Shown here one piece after another: positions 1-9,905 of a stretch of DNA of 64,000 nucleotides; within the stretch, counting starts at the first letter, position 1, and the number at the start of each line of letters is the position of its first letter. The stretch is taken from positions 1,926 through 65,925 of the forward strand of contig CALRBR010000003.1 of assembly GCA_943354385.1 (NCBI GenBank), written 5' to 3'. This DNA is from Candidatus Tayloriibacteriota bacterium. GTDB lineage: Bacteria > Patescibacteriota > Minisyncoccia > Phycocordibacterales > PALSA-1337. The notes under the pieces are model-generated. The model was given only the letters and a program-made list of their open reading frames with translations. It had not been told where the DNA came from and did no database searches. The position numbers and the translations under genes are program-made.

Positions 1-74
1 AAATTGGCTGTTATTTTTTACTAAAAAAGAGGAACACTTCGGGCAAAATAGGTTTTATTAAACGAGCACTGTTC

Positions 75-103
75 TTGCCATTTCTCTGTATTTTCAGTAT
101 ATT
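75..103 (+). promoter_or_regulatory. Putative sigma70-like promoter of uvrB (TTGCCA -17- TATATT); would give a near-leaderless transcript
   Basis: TTGCCA at 75-80, 17-nt spacer, TATATT at 98-103, ATG at 110. Sequence pattern only. Confidence 0.3.
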
Positions 104-109
104 AAGGGA

Positions 110-2152
110 ATGGGTATTTTTACACTTACGTCACAATTTGAGCCAGCTGGAGACCAGCCAAAGGCCATCGAGGCACTGGTAAGAGGTTTTAAAAAGGGCA
201 TGCGACACCAGACTCTTCTCGGTGTGACTGGCTCGGGCAAGACTTTTACTGCGGCCAACGTGATCGCACAGCTCGATAAGCCAACTCTCGTCATCGCGCA
301 CAACAAAACTCTTGCCGCCCAGCTCGCACAGGAGTATCGGGAATTTTTCCCTAAAAACGCTGTGCACTATTTCGTCTCGTACTATGACTACTATCAGCCT
401 GAGGCATATATGCCGGTGACGGATACCTATATAGAGAAAGAGGCAATGATCAATGATGAGATAGACCGATTGAGACATGCTTCGACGCAAGCTTTGCTCA
501 CGCGCAGAGATGTTATTATTGTCGCTTCGGTCTCTTGTATTTATGGTTTGGGTTCGCCGGTTGAATATGAAAAGGTAAATTTGAAACTGGCGGTGAATTT
601 GGTTTTGCCGAGAGCGGAGCTTTTAAGAAAATTAGTAGACCTTCATTTTAAGCGCACTCACGCTGACCTTGAGCCAGGAACATTCAGGGCTATCGGAAAC
701 TCGGTGGAAATCATGCCGGTCAATGAGCAAATTATTTTTCGTATTGAACATGAAGGCACGACTATTAGCTCGATTGCAAAAATCGACCATATTTCTCGTC
801 GACTTGTTGAAAAGGTACCAGTGTTTTTCCTTTTTCCGGCTAAGCACTTTATCTCAGACTCAGTTCAGCAAAAAAGAGCTTTTACTACTATTAAAGCCGA
901 GCTCGAAAATCGACTAAAAGAGCTCACTACCCAGGGTAAAAATCTCGAAGCTGAGAGACTCAAGCGCCGAGTGAGCTATGATCTCGCACTAATTCGCGAG
1001 GTAGGCTATTGCAACGGTATTGAAAATTACTCTCGACATTTTTCTGACAAAAAGCCAGGCGAGGCGCCCGACTCACTTCTCGCATATTTCCCTCGTACTG
1101 CAGATGGTAAGCCAGGCTTTATGACTGTAATAGACGAGTCCCATGTGACCTTGCCCCAGATCGGCGGTATGTATGCGGGAGATGCGTCTCGAAAAAAAAC
1201 ACTTGTCGAACATGGTTTCCGACTCCCTTCGGCGGGGGACAATAGACCACTGAAATCAGAAGAATTTTTTGAGCGAGTCGGTCAGATTTTGTACACATCG
1301 GCCACACCGAGTGAACATGAGCGAAAAGTTAGTGAGCAAATAGTCCAGCAGGTGATCCGACCAACCGGGCTGATCGATCCAGAAATTGTAGTCAAACCTA
1401 TAGTGGAAAGCGGTAATTATAAAGGGCAGATTTTTGACTTTATTTCTGAAGCTGAAAAAGTAATTAAAAGAGGTTTTCGAGTGATTGCGACGACACTGAC
1501 TAAAAAGATGGCGGAGGACTTGAGTTTATATCTCAAAGAGAAGGGAATTAAGTCAGAATATTTACACAGCGATATCAAAACGATGCAGAGAATTGAGATT
1601 TTGACGCAATTTAGAAAAGGGGAGTTTGACTGTATTGTGGGAGTCAATCTGCTCCGAGAAGGTCTCGATTTGCCGGAAGTGGAGCTCATTGGTATTCTAG
1701 ATGCAGACAAAGAAGGTTTTTTGAGATCGGAGACAGCGCTCATTCAAACTATTGGCCGTGCCGCGAGAAATGTCCTCGGCCGGGTGATCTTGTATGCCGA
1801 TGTGATGACTGGCTCCATGACTCGGGCTATAGGAGAGACCAATCGTCGTCGTGCGATACAGGTGGCACACAATACTGCTCACGGCATCACCCCCCAGACT
1901 ATTATTAAAAAGATTCACGATATTACCGATCAGATGCGTACCGAGCATGACAAGGCTATCAAGTTACTTTTGGATGTTGACCAAGCTCTGTACGCCGAAA
2001 ATCCTAAAAAAGTTATGAAAGAAAAGGAAAAACAGATGGCGGATGCGGTAAAGGAACTTGATTTTGATACAGCTGCGATCTTGAGGGATGAGATACGTGT
2101 ATTGCAGACGCCGAAGAGAGAAAAGCTGACTCAAGATAAAAAGAGGAAGTAA
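110..2152 (+). CDS. uvrB: Excinuclease ABC subunit B (UvrB)
   Basis: 680 aa. N-terminus MGIFTLTSQFEPAGDQPKAIEALV..GVTGSGKTF is the canonical UvrB helicase motif I. C-terminal UVR domain (DFDTAAILRDEIRVLQ). Confidence 0.95.
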   Translation: MGIFTLTSQFEPAGDQPKAIEALVRGFKKGMRHQTLLGVTGSGKTFTAANVIAQLDKPTLVIAHNKTLAAQLAQEYREFFPKNAVHYFVSYYDYYQPEAYMPVTDTYIEKEAMINDEIDRLRHASTQALLTRRDVIIVASVSCIYGLGSPVEYEKVNLKLAVNLVLPRAELLRKLVDLHFKRTHADLEPGTFRAIGNSVEIMPVNEQIIFRIEHEGTTISSIAKIDHISRRLVEKVPVFFLFPAKHFISDSVQQKRAFTTIKAELENRLKELTTQGKNLEAERLKRRVSYDLALIREVGYCNGIENYSRHFSDKKPGEAPDSLLAYFPRTADGKPGFMTVIDESHVTLPQIGGMYAGDASRKKTLVEHGFRLPSAGDNRPLKSEEFFERVGQILYTSATPSEHERKVSEQIVQQVIRPTGLIDPEIVVKPIVESGNYKGQIFDFISEAEKVIKRGFRVIATTLTKKMAEDLSLYLKEKGIKSEYLHSDIKTMQRIEILTQFRKGEFDCIVGVNLLREGLDLPEVELIGILDADKEGFLRSETALIQTIGRAARNVLGRVILYADVMTGSMTRAIGETNRRRAIQVAHNTAHGITPQTIIKKIHDITDQMRTEHDKAIKLLLDVDQALYAENPKKVMKEKEKQMADAVKELDFDTAAILRDEIRVLQTPKREKLTQDKKRK

Positions 2153-2209
2153 TCATTTACATTTTAATCATGGGTGGTATAATCAACAAGTATAATCATT
2201 AATACATAT

Positions 2210-2617
2210 ATGACAGATATTCAAAATAATACTGTGTCTCTAGAAGGGAAGAAGATTATGTGGGTGGAAGATGACAATTTTCTTAGTGGCCTTATCGGCA
2301 AAAAGCTGGGTAATGAAAAGGCGATTCTTTTTCGTGCTTCAAATGGCGAAGAGGCGGTGGTAATGGTAGAAAAAGAAATGCCTGATGTACTACTTCTCGA
2401 CATTCTTCTTCCTGGGATGACTGGCCTGCAAGTTTTACAGAAAATAAAGAGCAACCCAGCTACAAAAGACATCCCTGTACTACTCCTTTCAAATCTCGGC
2501 CAGAAAGCAGATATTGATAAGGGGGCGCAGCTTGGTGCGGAGAAGTTTCTGATCAAAGCGACCTTGTCTCTCGATGAAATTATAAAGGAGGTAAAGAGGG
2601 TGGTTGCAAAGAAGTAG
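2210..2617 (+). CDS. Single-domain response regulator (CheY-like receiver)
   Basis: 135 aa. Receiver signature: acidic pocket VEDD, phospho-acceptor region LLLDILLPGMTG, conserved Lys region in KFLIKAT. No output domain. Confidence 0.8.
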   Translation: MTDIQNNTVSLEGKKIMWVEDDNFLSGLIGKKLGNEKAILFRASNGEEAVVMVEKEMPDVLLLDILLPGMTGLQVLQKIKSNPATKDIPVLLLSNLGQKADIDKGAQLGAEKFLIKATLSLDEIIKEVKRVVAKK

Positions 2618-2649
2618 CCTAGTTTTAGTAAAAAATTTTGGCTAACATT

Positions 2650-2679
2650 AAACGGCTAAACACAAGTGTTTAGCCGTTT
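2650..2679. repeat. Perfect 14-bp-stem hairpin (AAACGGCTAAACAC-aa-GTGTTTAGCCGTTT), a member of the AACGGCT-stem hairpin family
   Basis: Inverted repeat read directly from the sequence. Lies 3' of the response regulator gene. No U-tract. Confidence 0.5.
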
Positions 2680-2783
2680 AGCGTAGCTCTATAGAGCCAA
2701 ATGTTAAAAAATGGGCCTCGACGAGTTTAAGCCACCGTTTGGCGGAAGGGCTCAACGCTGTTGGTTTGATATTGGAGAAGTAT

Positions 2784-2811
2784 CCCCCGAAAATCAGTAG
2801 ATTTTCGGGGG
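2784..2811. terminator. 12-bp-stem hairpin (CCCCCGAAAATC-agta-GATTTTCGGGGG) in the RR-uvrA intergenic region
   Basis: Inverted repeat seen in the sequence. No clear U-tract, so terminator function is uncertain. Confidence 0.35.
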
Positions 2812-2888
2812 TCGCTGTATTACTGGTCTTATTTGCCCACACAACCCTTTTTCTTGTGTTAAAAGAAAAAACCTGATATAATCCGCCC

Positions 2889-5549
2889 ATGTCCAAAGCG
2901 CAATATCATGATCATGGCATAGATTCTATTGTTGTAAAGGGTGCGCGCACTCACAATCTAAAGAATATCAATGTTGAAATGCCACGCAACAAGATGGTGG
3001 TGTTTACTGGTCTCTCAGGCTCTGGCAAATCATCACTTGCATTCGATACTATTTTTGCTGAGGGCCAGCGCCGATATGTAGAGTCACTCTCTTCATACGC
3101 TCGACAGTTTCTCCGCCAGATGCAAAAGCCAGATGTAGATGAGATCACCGGTCTTTCACCAGCTATTTCTATCGACCAAAAGTCGCGCTCAAACAACCCT
3201 CGTTCAACTGTCGCAACTATTACTGAAATCTATGACTATCTACGTATTCTCTACGCTCGTATCGGTATGCCACACTGTCTTGTCTGCGGATCAGCAATTA
3301 AGAAACTTTCAAACGAAGAAATAAAAAACTTTGTGCTCGAAAAAGTGGATAGTTCTTCGTCCCACCACGCTGATTTTATTGAAATCTTTTCACCACTCGT
3401 CCGTGGCCGAAAAGGCGAGTACTATCAGCTTCTCTACGACCTGCTCGGCAAAGGTTACAGTGAAGTACTTATCGATGGGAATAGAAAGAAGCTCCGTGAA
3501 CAAATAGAGCTTACTAAAAACAAGCGACATGATATCGCAGTGCTTGTCGATCGTATTCGTATCGATGATTTTAAAAATGATGCCCAATCCTCGCTCGAGC
3601 GTCTCAGTGAATCTCTCGAAAAAGCTCTTGATGAGTCCGAAGGTCTCATTCGAATTATACTTTCCAATACTACAAAGCAGGTCAAAGAAAAAATTGAGGC
3701 AAGTGACAAACCGGAGCTTGCCGGAGCCCTTTCTCCTGTCATCCTCGAAACAAAAGATTTAACTATCAAGGAAGACTTCTTAATGTCCTCAAAATTCTCT
3801 TGTCCAAAAGATGGCTACTCATATCCAGAGATAGAACCTCGACTTTTCTCATTCAACTCTCCATACGGTGCATGTCCAGAATGTAATGGCCTTGGTACCC
3901 AACAGTTTTTTGGTGAGGAACCTTGTACAAAATGTAAAGGAGCACGACTTCGCGAGGAAGCTCTCCACGTCACTATCGGAGGCAAGAATATTGTCGATTT
4001 TACCGCACTCTCCATCTCTGATTCAGAAGTATTTTTGGAAGGTCTAAAACTCACCGTTACTGAAAAAAATATTGCTAAGGTTATTTTAAAAGAAATAGAA
4101 AGTCGCCTGACATTTATGATCAATGTAGGTATTGAATACCTCTCTCTTAATCGTCGTGCCCACACCCTTTCTGGAGGAGAAGCACAGCGTATCAGACTCG
4201 CTTCTCAGCTTGGTTCAGGACTTGTGGGTGCTCTCTATGTGCTCGATGAGCCGACCATCGGGCTTCACTCTCGAGATAATGACCGCTTGATCAAAACTCT
4301 CGTCGATCTTCGCGATGCTGGTAATAGTATTTTGATTGTGGAGCACGACGAGGACACTATTTATGCTTCAGATTATATTATAGACATCGGCCCTGGTGCA
4401 GGAATACACGGGGGTAAAATCGTAGTGGCTGACTACCTAGAGCCTCTTTTGACCGCAAAAACCAATCCGTCTGAATCCCTCACCCTCGACTATCTTCGTG
4501 GGGAGCGAAAAATAGAAGTCCCAAAGACGCGCAGGGACAAAGACAAAGGCAAGATCATGATTCGTGGAGCAAATATTTTTAATCTAAAAAATATCAATGT
4601 CGACATCCCACTCGGCAAGCTCGTCCTCGTGACCGGTGTGTCTGGCTCGGGCAAATCATCTCTCGTGTATGAAGTGATTTATAAAAATCTTCAAGCTCGA
4701 CTCGAACGACGGCATCGTACCAACGATGTCTACAACTGTGCCTCATTTTCAGGCAGCGAATATCTCGGCCGAGTCGTGCTCATCGATCAGTCTCCGATCG
4801 GTCGTACTCCTCGTTCAAACCCGATGACTTATACCGGTGCGTGGAGTTTTGTGCGAGAGCTTTTTGCGGAGTCTGCCGAAGCTCGTGTGCGTGGCTGGAA
4901 AGCCAATCGTTTTTCATTTAACGTTAAAGGAGGACGATGTGAAGCTTGTCAGGGTAACGGCGAAATTGCGGTGGAAATGCATTTCTTGCCGACTGTCTAT
5001 GTACCATGCGAGGTCTGTGAGGGTAAGCGCTTTATGAAGGAGACTCTAGAAATAAAATACAAGCACAAAAATATTTACGAAATTCTCTGCATGACAGCAG
5101 AGGAAGGTCTCGTTTTTTTTGAAGATATTCCAGCTATCTATGATCGTCTAAAAAGTCTGAGTGATGTCGGTTTGACATATCTCAAGCTAGGGCAATCTGC
5201 AACAACCCTTTCTGGTGGAGAAGCTCAGCGTGTAAAAATATCTTCGGAGCTCTATCGCCCACATATTCAAAAAACTATTTATATTTTGGATGAGCCAACT
5301 ATCGGACTTCACTATGAGGACGTGCGAAAATTGATTGAGATTGTTCAGAAACTCGTTGATAAGGGCAATACGGTGGTTGTGATTGAGCATAATATGGATA
5401 TTGTAAAATCAGCTGACTATGTGATCGACATTGGTCCAGAGGGAGGTGATAAGGGAGGTAAGATAGTGGCCAAGGGTACACCTGAGGATATTGCGATGAA
5501 TGAAAAGTCTTATACTGGAACGTATTTGAAGAAGGTACTTAAAAAGTAG
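2889..5549 (+). CDS. uvrA: Excinuclease ABC subunit A (UvrA)
   Basis: 886 aa. Two ABC ATPase modules ([14 protein letters not shown] and [11 protein letters not shown] Walker A). Zn-finger Cys clusters ([14 protein letters not shown] and [16 protein letters not shown]). Two LSGGEAQR signature motifs. Confidence 0.95.
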   Translation: MSKAQYHDHGIDSIVVKGARTHNLKNINVEMPRNKMVVFTGLSGSGKSSLAFDTIFAEGQRRYVESLSSYARQFLRQMQKPDVDEITGLSPAISIDQKSRSNNPRSTVATITEIYDYLRILYARIGMPHCLVCGSAIKKLSNEEIKNFVLEKVDSSSSHHADFIEIFSPLVRGRKGEYYQLLYDLLGKGYSEVLIDGNRKKLREQIELTKNKRHDIAVLVDRIRIDDFKNDAQSSLERLSESLEKALDESEGLIRIILSNTTKQVKEKIEASDKPELAGALSPVILETKDLTIKEDFLMSSKFSCPKDGYSYPEIEPRLFSFNSPYGACPECNGLGTQQFFGEEPCTKCKGARLREEALHVTIGGKNIVDFTALSISDSEVFLEGLKLTVTEKNIAKVILKEIESRLTFMINVGIEYLSLNRRAHTLSGGEAQRIRLASQLGSGLVGALYVLDEPTIGLHSRDNDRLIKTLVDLRDAGNSILIVEHDEDTIYASDYIIDIGPGAGIHGGKIVVADYLEPLLTAKTNPSESLTLDYLRGERKIEVPKTRRDKDKGKIMIRGANIFNLKNINVDIPLGKLVLVTGVSGSGKSSLVYEVIYKNLQARLERRHRTNDVYNCASFSGSEYLGRVVLIDQSPIGRTPRSNPMTYTGAWSFVRELFAESAEARVRGWKANRFSFNVKGGRCEACQGNGEIAVEMHFLPTVYVPCEVCEGKRFMKETLEIKYKHKNIYEILCMTAEEGLVFFEDIPAIYDRLKSLSDVGLTYLKLGQSATTLSGGEAQRVKISSELYRPHIQKTIYILDEPTIGLHYEDVRKLIEIVQKLVDKGNTVVVIEHNMDIVKSADYVIDIGPEGGDKGGKIVAKGTPEDIAMNEKSYTGTYLKKVLKK

Positions 5550-5810
5550 GGGCGGAGGAGATGTTAGATATTAGTAGTTAGACAGCAGATCAAAATAAAA
5601 AACCGACCTACTCTTTTTGTTTTCGAGTGCGTCGGCAAGAGAGATAGGTAGAAAGCATTTTCTGTTGGCGACCATTAGCAATAATTTTTTTCCTTAAGTG
5701 AGCCGATCGTGCCTCGTGCAGGCCTAGCATTAACCAAAGATGCCTAGCGTGAAGACGGAGCATTTCGAGCTCTGTTTTTTTGCGGATAGCTGACGTGACT
5801 TTTTTCGTTT

Positions 5811-6071
5811 TCATATAGGTCTGAATTTGAAACCGCATTCCGGACAGGTAATGGTGAATCGTAAATCATGGGGACCTTTTTTGTGCTTACATCTGCTTTT
5901 GAGAGCCTCCAGAGCTTTCTCCAATTTTCGCAGATGTTTCTCAAGGAGATCTGTGGTATCTGAACAATACTCTGCTATTTTCAGATGACCATCGATCTTA
6001 TCCATCAGCCTTTCTATCCTTATTTCCAGATGCTTTCTCCTTACTGTAATGGAAACAGATTTCTTTGCCAT
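5811..6071 (-). CDS. Hypothetical small protein with C-terminal zinc-ribbon-like motif (CPECGFKF)
   Basis: 86-aa ORF lying divergently between uvrA and uvrC. Coiled-coil-like composition. No recognisable family, so it may be spurious. Confidence 0.25.
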   Translation of the reverse strand: MAKKSVSITVRRKHLEIRIERLMDKIDGHLKIAEYCSDTTDLLEKHLRKLEKALEALKSRCKHKKGPHDLRFTITCPECGFKFRPI

Positions 6072-6092
6072 AAATTTTGTTAAAAAACCAAT

Positions 6093-6120
6093 TTGAATTT
6101 ACCAACGAATAGTGTATAAT
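6093..6120 (+). promoter_or_regulatory. Near-consensus sigma70 promoter upstream of uvrC (TTGAAT -16- TATAAT)
   Basis: TTGAAT at 6093-6098, TATAAT at 6115-6120, ATG at 6128. Confidence 0.4.
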
Positions 6121-6127
6121 ACAAAAT

Positions 6128-7363
6128 ATGAATAGTCAAGAACTCGCCAAAGCAAACCTACCCGATAGTCCTGGGGTCTACTTCTTTAAACAGGGTGGCT
6201 CGGTACTCTATATCGGTAGGGCAACATCACTAAAAGACCGTGTAAGGAGCTATTTTGGCTCAGATTTGATAGCTACACGGGGACCGCTTTTGGTGGATAT
6301 GGTTTTTCAAGCTAGTGAACTTAGCTTTACAATCACTGATTCGGTACTCGAGGCCATCATCCTTGAGGCAAGTCTGATACGCAAACATCAGCCAAAATAT
6401 AATACTAAGGAAAAAGATAATAAAAGTTTCAATTGTGTGGTGATTACCAAAGAAGCATTTCCTCGGGTACTCATTGTTCGTAAGAGAGACCTCGATCAAG
6501 GTAAAAATGATGTTGTAGCCAAATATACTTTCGGGCCATTTCCACAAGGTTCGAGTATTGTGGAAGGTCTACGAATCATTCGAAAAATATTTCCATTTAG
6601 AGACAAGTGTACACCGCTAGCAGGGAAGCCATGTTTCAATGCCCAGATTGGTCTGTGTCCTGGAGTGTGCGCAGGTAATGTGTCTGCAAAAGAGTATGGA
6701 AAAATAATCGCTCGCATAAAACTTTTTTTTGAAGGCAAAAAGGCTATTTTGATACGAAAAATGGAAAAGGAAATGAAGGATTATGCCAAAAAGCAGGAAT
6801 TTGAAAAAGCGGGGGAGCTCAAAAGACAGACGTTTGCACTGACACATATCCAGGATGTGGCTCTTATTAAAAATCGAGAAAGCTTTTCGACAGAGACTGG
6901 CGAATCGCAGTACAGCGCTACATTCCGCATCGAAGCGTACGACATCGCCCATCTGTCTGGTAAAGACACTGTGGGTGTGATGACTGTACTAGAAGATGGT
7001 CAGCCAGCTAAATCGCAATATCGAAAATTTAAAATAAAAAGGGGAGATGGCGCACATGATATTGCTAATCTCAGGGAAATTATTCAGAGACGACTCACTC
7101 ATACCGAATGGCCACACCCTCAGATGATTGTAACCGATGGAAATGAAGTGCAGAGACGAGCTGTAGAGGAAATCATCGCTGAGGCCAAACTTTCTATACC
7201 CGTAGTTTCTGTGACTAAAGATGAAAGACACAAAGCCCGAGCAATTATTGGTGAGGCAAATCTGGTGGAGAAATATAAAAGGGCAATATTGCTCGCAAAC
7301 AGTGAAGCCCATCGTTTTGCTATCGGATATCATCGAAATTTAAGGACTAGAAATTTTCATTAA
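6128..7363 (+). CDS. uvrC: Excinuclease ABC subunit C (UvrC), short form lacking the C-terminal (HhH)2 domain
   Basis: 411 aa. GIY-YIG N-terminal domain (GVYFFKQGGSVLYIGRATSLKDRVRSY). UvrB-interacting UVR motif (EFEKAGELKRQTFAL). RNase H-like endonuclease domain (YDIAHLSGKDTVGVMTV..QYRKFKI..EAHRFAIGYHRNLR). The protein ends directly after this domain. Confidence 0.9.
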   Translation: MNSQELAKANLPDSPGVYFFKQGGSVLYIGRATSLKDRVRSYFGSDLIATRGPLLVDMVFQASELSFTITDSVLEAIILEASLIRKHQPKYNTKEKDNKSFNCVVITKEAFPRVLIVRKRDLDQGKNDVVAKYTFGPFPQGSSIVEGLRIIRKIFPFRDKCTPLAGKPCFNAQIGLCPGVCAGNVSAKEYGKIIARIKLFFEGKKAILIRKMEKEMKDYAKKQEFEKAGELKRQTFALTHIQDVALIKNRESFSTETGESQYSATFRIEAYDIAHLSGKDTVGVMTVLEDGQPAKSQYRKFKIKRGDGAHDIANLREIIQRRLTHTEWPHPQMIVTDGNEVQRRAVEEIIAEAKLSIPVVSVTKDERHKARAIIGEANLVEKYKRAILLANSEAHRFAIGYHRNLRTRNFH

Positions 7364-7485
7364 ATAGAGGTATAATAGGTATGCTTTCACTTTGGCCAAT
7401 TGTTATCTTTCCAATTGGCTAAGTAAAGGTAGCAGTCAATACTCCGCACGATCTGACGAGGATCGTGTTAGTGGGTACACTGTTT

Positions 7486-7520
7486 GGCGGTGTCCGGTTT
7501 CCGGACACCGCTATTTTTTT
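7486..7520 (+). terminator. Rho-independent terminator after uvrC
   Basis: GGCGGTGTCCGG-ttt-CCGGACACCGC 11-bp stem followed by TATTTTTTT. Confidence 0.7.
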
Positions 7521-7576
7521 ATTAAGTACGGAGTTATCCACCCTGCTCATAGCTAGATTTTTGCTATACTATACGT

Positions 7577-8542
7577 ATGTCAAAAATAAGAGTCGGGGTA
7601 CTCCGTGGTGGACCATCGAGCGAATACGATGTATCGCTCAAAACTGGTGCGTCCGTGCTAAAACATTTGCCTGAGGAGTATTACGCGCATGATATTTTTA
7701 TATCTAAAGATGGCTCATGGCACAAAGGTGGCATTGTCTATTCTCCAGGGGAGATTATTAAACACCTCGACGTAGTTTTTAATGCACTTCATGGTGAATA
7801 CGGCGAGGATGGCAGAGTCCAGCATCTTCTCGACACCTTTGCTATGCCATACACTGGGTCAGGGTATCTTGCCTCAGCTCTGGGGATGAATAAAACTTTA
7901 GCGAAAAAAGTTTTTACGGAACACGGCATCAAAACACCACTTCATAAGACATTAAATAAAGGTGAATACACTCACGCCGACGTTCTGCAAATTTTTAAAA
8001 CATTCCCAATGCCTGCTGTGGTCAAGCCAGTACGAGCCGGCTCATCGATAGGTGTATCTATTGCTCGCACGGTGCACGAGCTGGAAGCCGCGATTATAAA
8101 AGCATTTGAATACGAAACAGAAGCATTGATTGAAGAATATATTTCTGGTAGGGAAGCGACATGTGGAGTGATCGAGGGTTTTCGTGGGGAAGCGCTGTAT
8201 TCTCTCTTGCCAGTAGAAATAGCCCACAACAGCTCTTCTGGTCTCTTTGACTACGAAGCAAAATATGCTGGCAAGAGCAAAGAGATTTGCCCAGGCAATT
8301 TTACGAAAGTGGAATTAAAAAAGATTCAGGATACCTCGGTCGCTGTCCACAGGGCTCTTGGTCTTCGCCACTACTCACGATCGGATTTTATTGTACATCC
8401 AAAACGCGGCGTGTATATTTTAGAAACTAACACACTACCCGGACTTACCGAAGAATCTCTTTTTCCACTTTCTCTCAAAGCAGTGGGAAGTAGCTTGCCT
8501 GAATTTTTAGGACATGTACTCGAAATGGCGAGGAAAAAATAA
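7577..8542 (+). CDS. ddl: D-alanine--D-alanine ligase
   Basis: 321 aa. N-terminus MSKIRVGVLRGGPSSEYDVSLKTG. ATP-grasp motifs. C-terminal EICPGN..ILETNTLPG. Confidence 0.92.
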   Translation: MSKIRVGVLRGGPSSEYDVSLKTGASVLKHLPEEYYAHDIFISKDGSWHKGGIVYSPGEIIKHLDVVFNALHGEYGEDGRVQHLLDTFAMPYTGSGYLASALGMNKTLAKKVFTEHGIKTPLHKTLNKGEYTHADVLQIFKTFPMPAVVKPVRAGSSIGVSIARTVHELEAAIIKAFEYETEALIEEYISGREATCGVIEGFRGEALYSLLPVEIAHNSSSGLFDYEAKYAGKSKEICPGNFTKVELKKIQDTSVAVHRALGLRHYSRSDFIVHPKRGVYILETNTLPGLTEESLFPLSLKAVGSSLPEFLGHVLEMARKK

Positions 8543-8589
8543 TTTCTACTCTATCTGGGTATTATTGTGGCTAGATGTCTGAATTTGCA

Positions 8590-9324
8590 TTATATACCTG
8601 CAACAATCTTCACCTCCTTCGCCTCGTCAAGTTTTTTACCAGCTGCGATACTGATATCTGCTCGCGCTTGTTCTGGGTCGGCGATGTTTCGTAATGAAAA
8701 TTCTTTTACTGCACCAGAGGACTCGACCTCTACCGTACCAATTTTAAGAAAAGTGTTGATAATGCCGAAAATCTTGATATTCAGGTCGACAATATGTTCT
8801 AGTCGAATCTCTGAAATATCACGCTTAAATAAGTTGATCTGATCCACATCGATCAGGCGCTTATTGGTCAGAACCCAAATATCAAAAAAATAAGTAGTGG
8901 CCATCACTAAAATACCAAAAAATAAAATAACCGACCATGCGAGGTATAGTGTACTTAAAAAAGGAGTTATACTTTTAATGAGCTGAGTCCATTCTTTTGG
9001 TAAGAAATAGACGGCAAAAGGGATGAGAGCGGCTAAAATCACGAGCAGTACATCTAGCAAAAAAATAAACCAGTGTTTCCGAAATACCTTTATGATTTGT
9101 TCATCGGGAAGAAGTTTGACGGCAGAGTATCGATTATACTTGGTCCAGTGATAGAGTAGTGCTATTAGTGTGATGCCACATATAATCACTGTTAGTAGCA
9201 AGATACCACTAATTACGTACGGACTATTTAGAAAAGTTATGATTTGACTCGGGTATATTTCTGATGGGATCATGGTATAGAATAGTATAACATAAGCTAG
9301 ATTGATTGAGATATTTGGGGACAT
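8590..9324 (-). CDS. Membrane protein with bacterial PH (bPH_2/YdbT-like) domain
   Basis: 244 aa. Two or three N-terminal TM helices. C-terminal WVLTNKRLIDVD..IKIFGIINTFLKIGTVEVESSG is typical of the bPH_2 domain. Confidence 0.7.
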   Translation of the reverse strand: MSPNISINLAYVILFYTMIPSEIYPSQIITFLNSPYVISGILLLTVIICGITLIALLYHWTKYNRYSAVKLLPDEQIIKVFRKHWFIFLLDVLLVILAALIPFAVYFLPKEWTQLIKSITPFLSTLYLAWSVILFFGILVMATTYFFDIWVLTNKRLIDVDQINLFKRDISEIRLEHIVDLNIKIFGIINTFLKIGTVEVESSGAVKEFSLRNIADPEQARADISIAAGKKLDEAKEVKIVAGI

Positions 9325-9497
9325 GAGGAGAGTCGGACTCCTACCACATCTATGCAGTGTATGTGTAATACCATTTTATTACAGACTCAATAGATATATA
9401 GTTTACCTTAAAATAGTCTGTCAGCAATGCTTGATTTTTATACTAACATTCGGTATAGTATCTAGGCAGTTTTTAGAGACTGTACCGTCAATAACAT

Positions 9498-9570
9498 GGG
9501 CCCTTAGCTCATCTGGTAGAGCACCTCATTTGCAATGAGGGGGTGGCAGGTTCGAGTCCTGTAGGGTCCA
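9498..9570 (+). tRNA. tRNA-Ala (anticodon UGC)
   Basis: 73-nt cloverleaf. Acceptor GGGCCCT/AGGGTCC with the G3:U70 alanine identity pair. Anticodon loop TTTGCAA. T-loop GGTTCGAGTCC. Discriminator A. CCA not encoded. Confidence 0.9.
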
Positions 9571-9580
9571 CCGAACAGAA

Positions 9581-9607
9581 AAAATCTCCACTGCTGGAGA
9601 TTTTTTC
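9581..9607 (+). terminator. Rho-independent terminator after tRNA-Ala
   Basis: AATCTCCA-ctgc-TGGAGATT 8-bp stem followed by TTTTCG. Confidence 0.75.
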
Positions 9608-9905
9608 GTGTGTGTGGAAAGCGCAGGTATATTTTTTAAGCAGAAAAAATACCGAGCTGGGGTCGCGAGCACTTACGTAGATTGTGAGGTCTTCCGAAAC
9701 AATATACTTAGTGACTCGTGATACACGATAAATAGTAAAAGCGTACTCGCGGTTCCATATAAAAGGCGAGTAAGAGTTCCCGCAGGGTCCCAAATTTTTA
9801 AAGGCGCAACCCAAGATGCACTATATGTGTTGAGACTTTAACCTAATGTAACCGTATTTTACAGCGTAAAATATTTTTTGTGTCAAAATATGCTATCATT
9901 ATACA

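Noticed and set aside
5550-5810. uvrA-downstream 260-bp AT/T-run-rich spacer as a possible ncRNA
   Set aside because: No stable conserved-looking structure or terminator was discernible. It is more likely the 3' UTR/spacer of the divergent small ORF.
9509-9814. 101-aa minus-strand ORF downstream of tRNA-Ala
   Set aside because: It overlaps the tRNA and its terminator and has no homology. It is likely spurious. The region 9573-9905 was also inspected for integrase remnants, and none was found.
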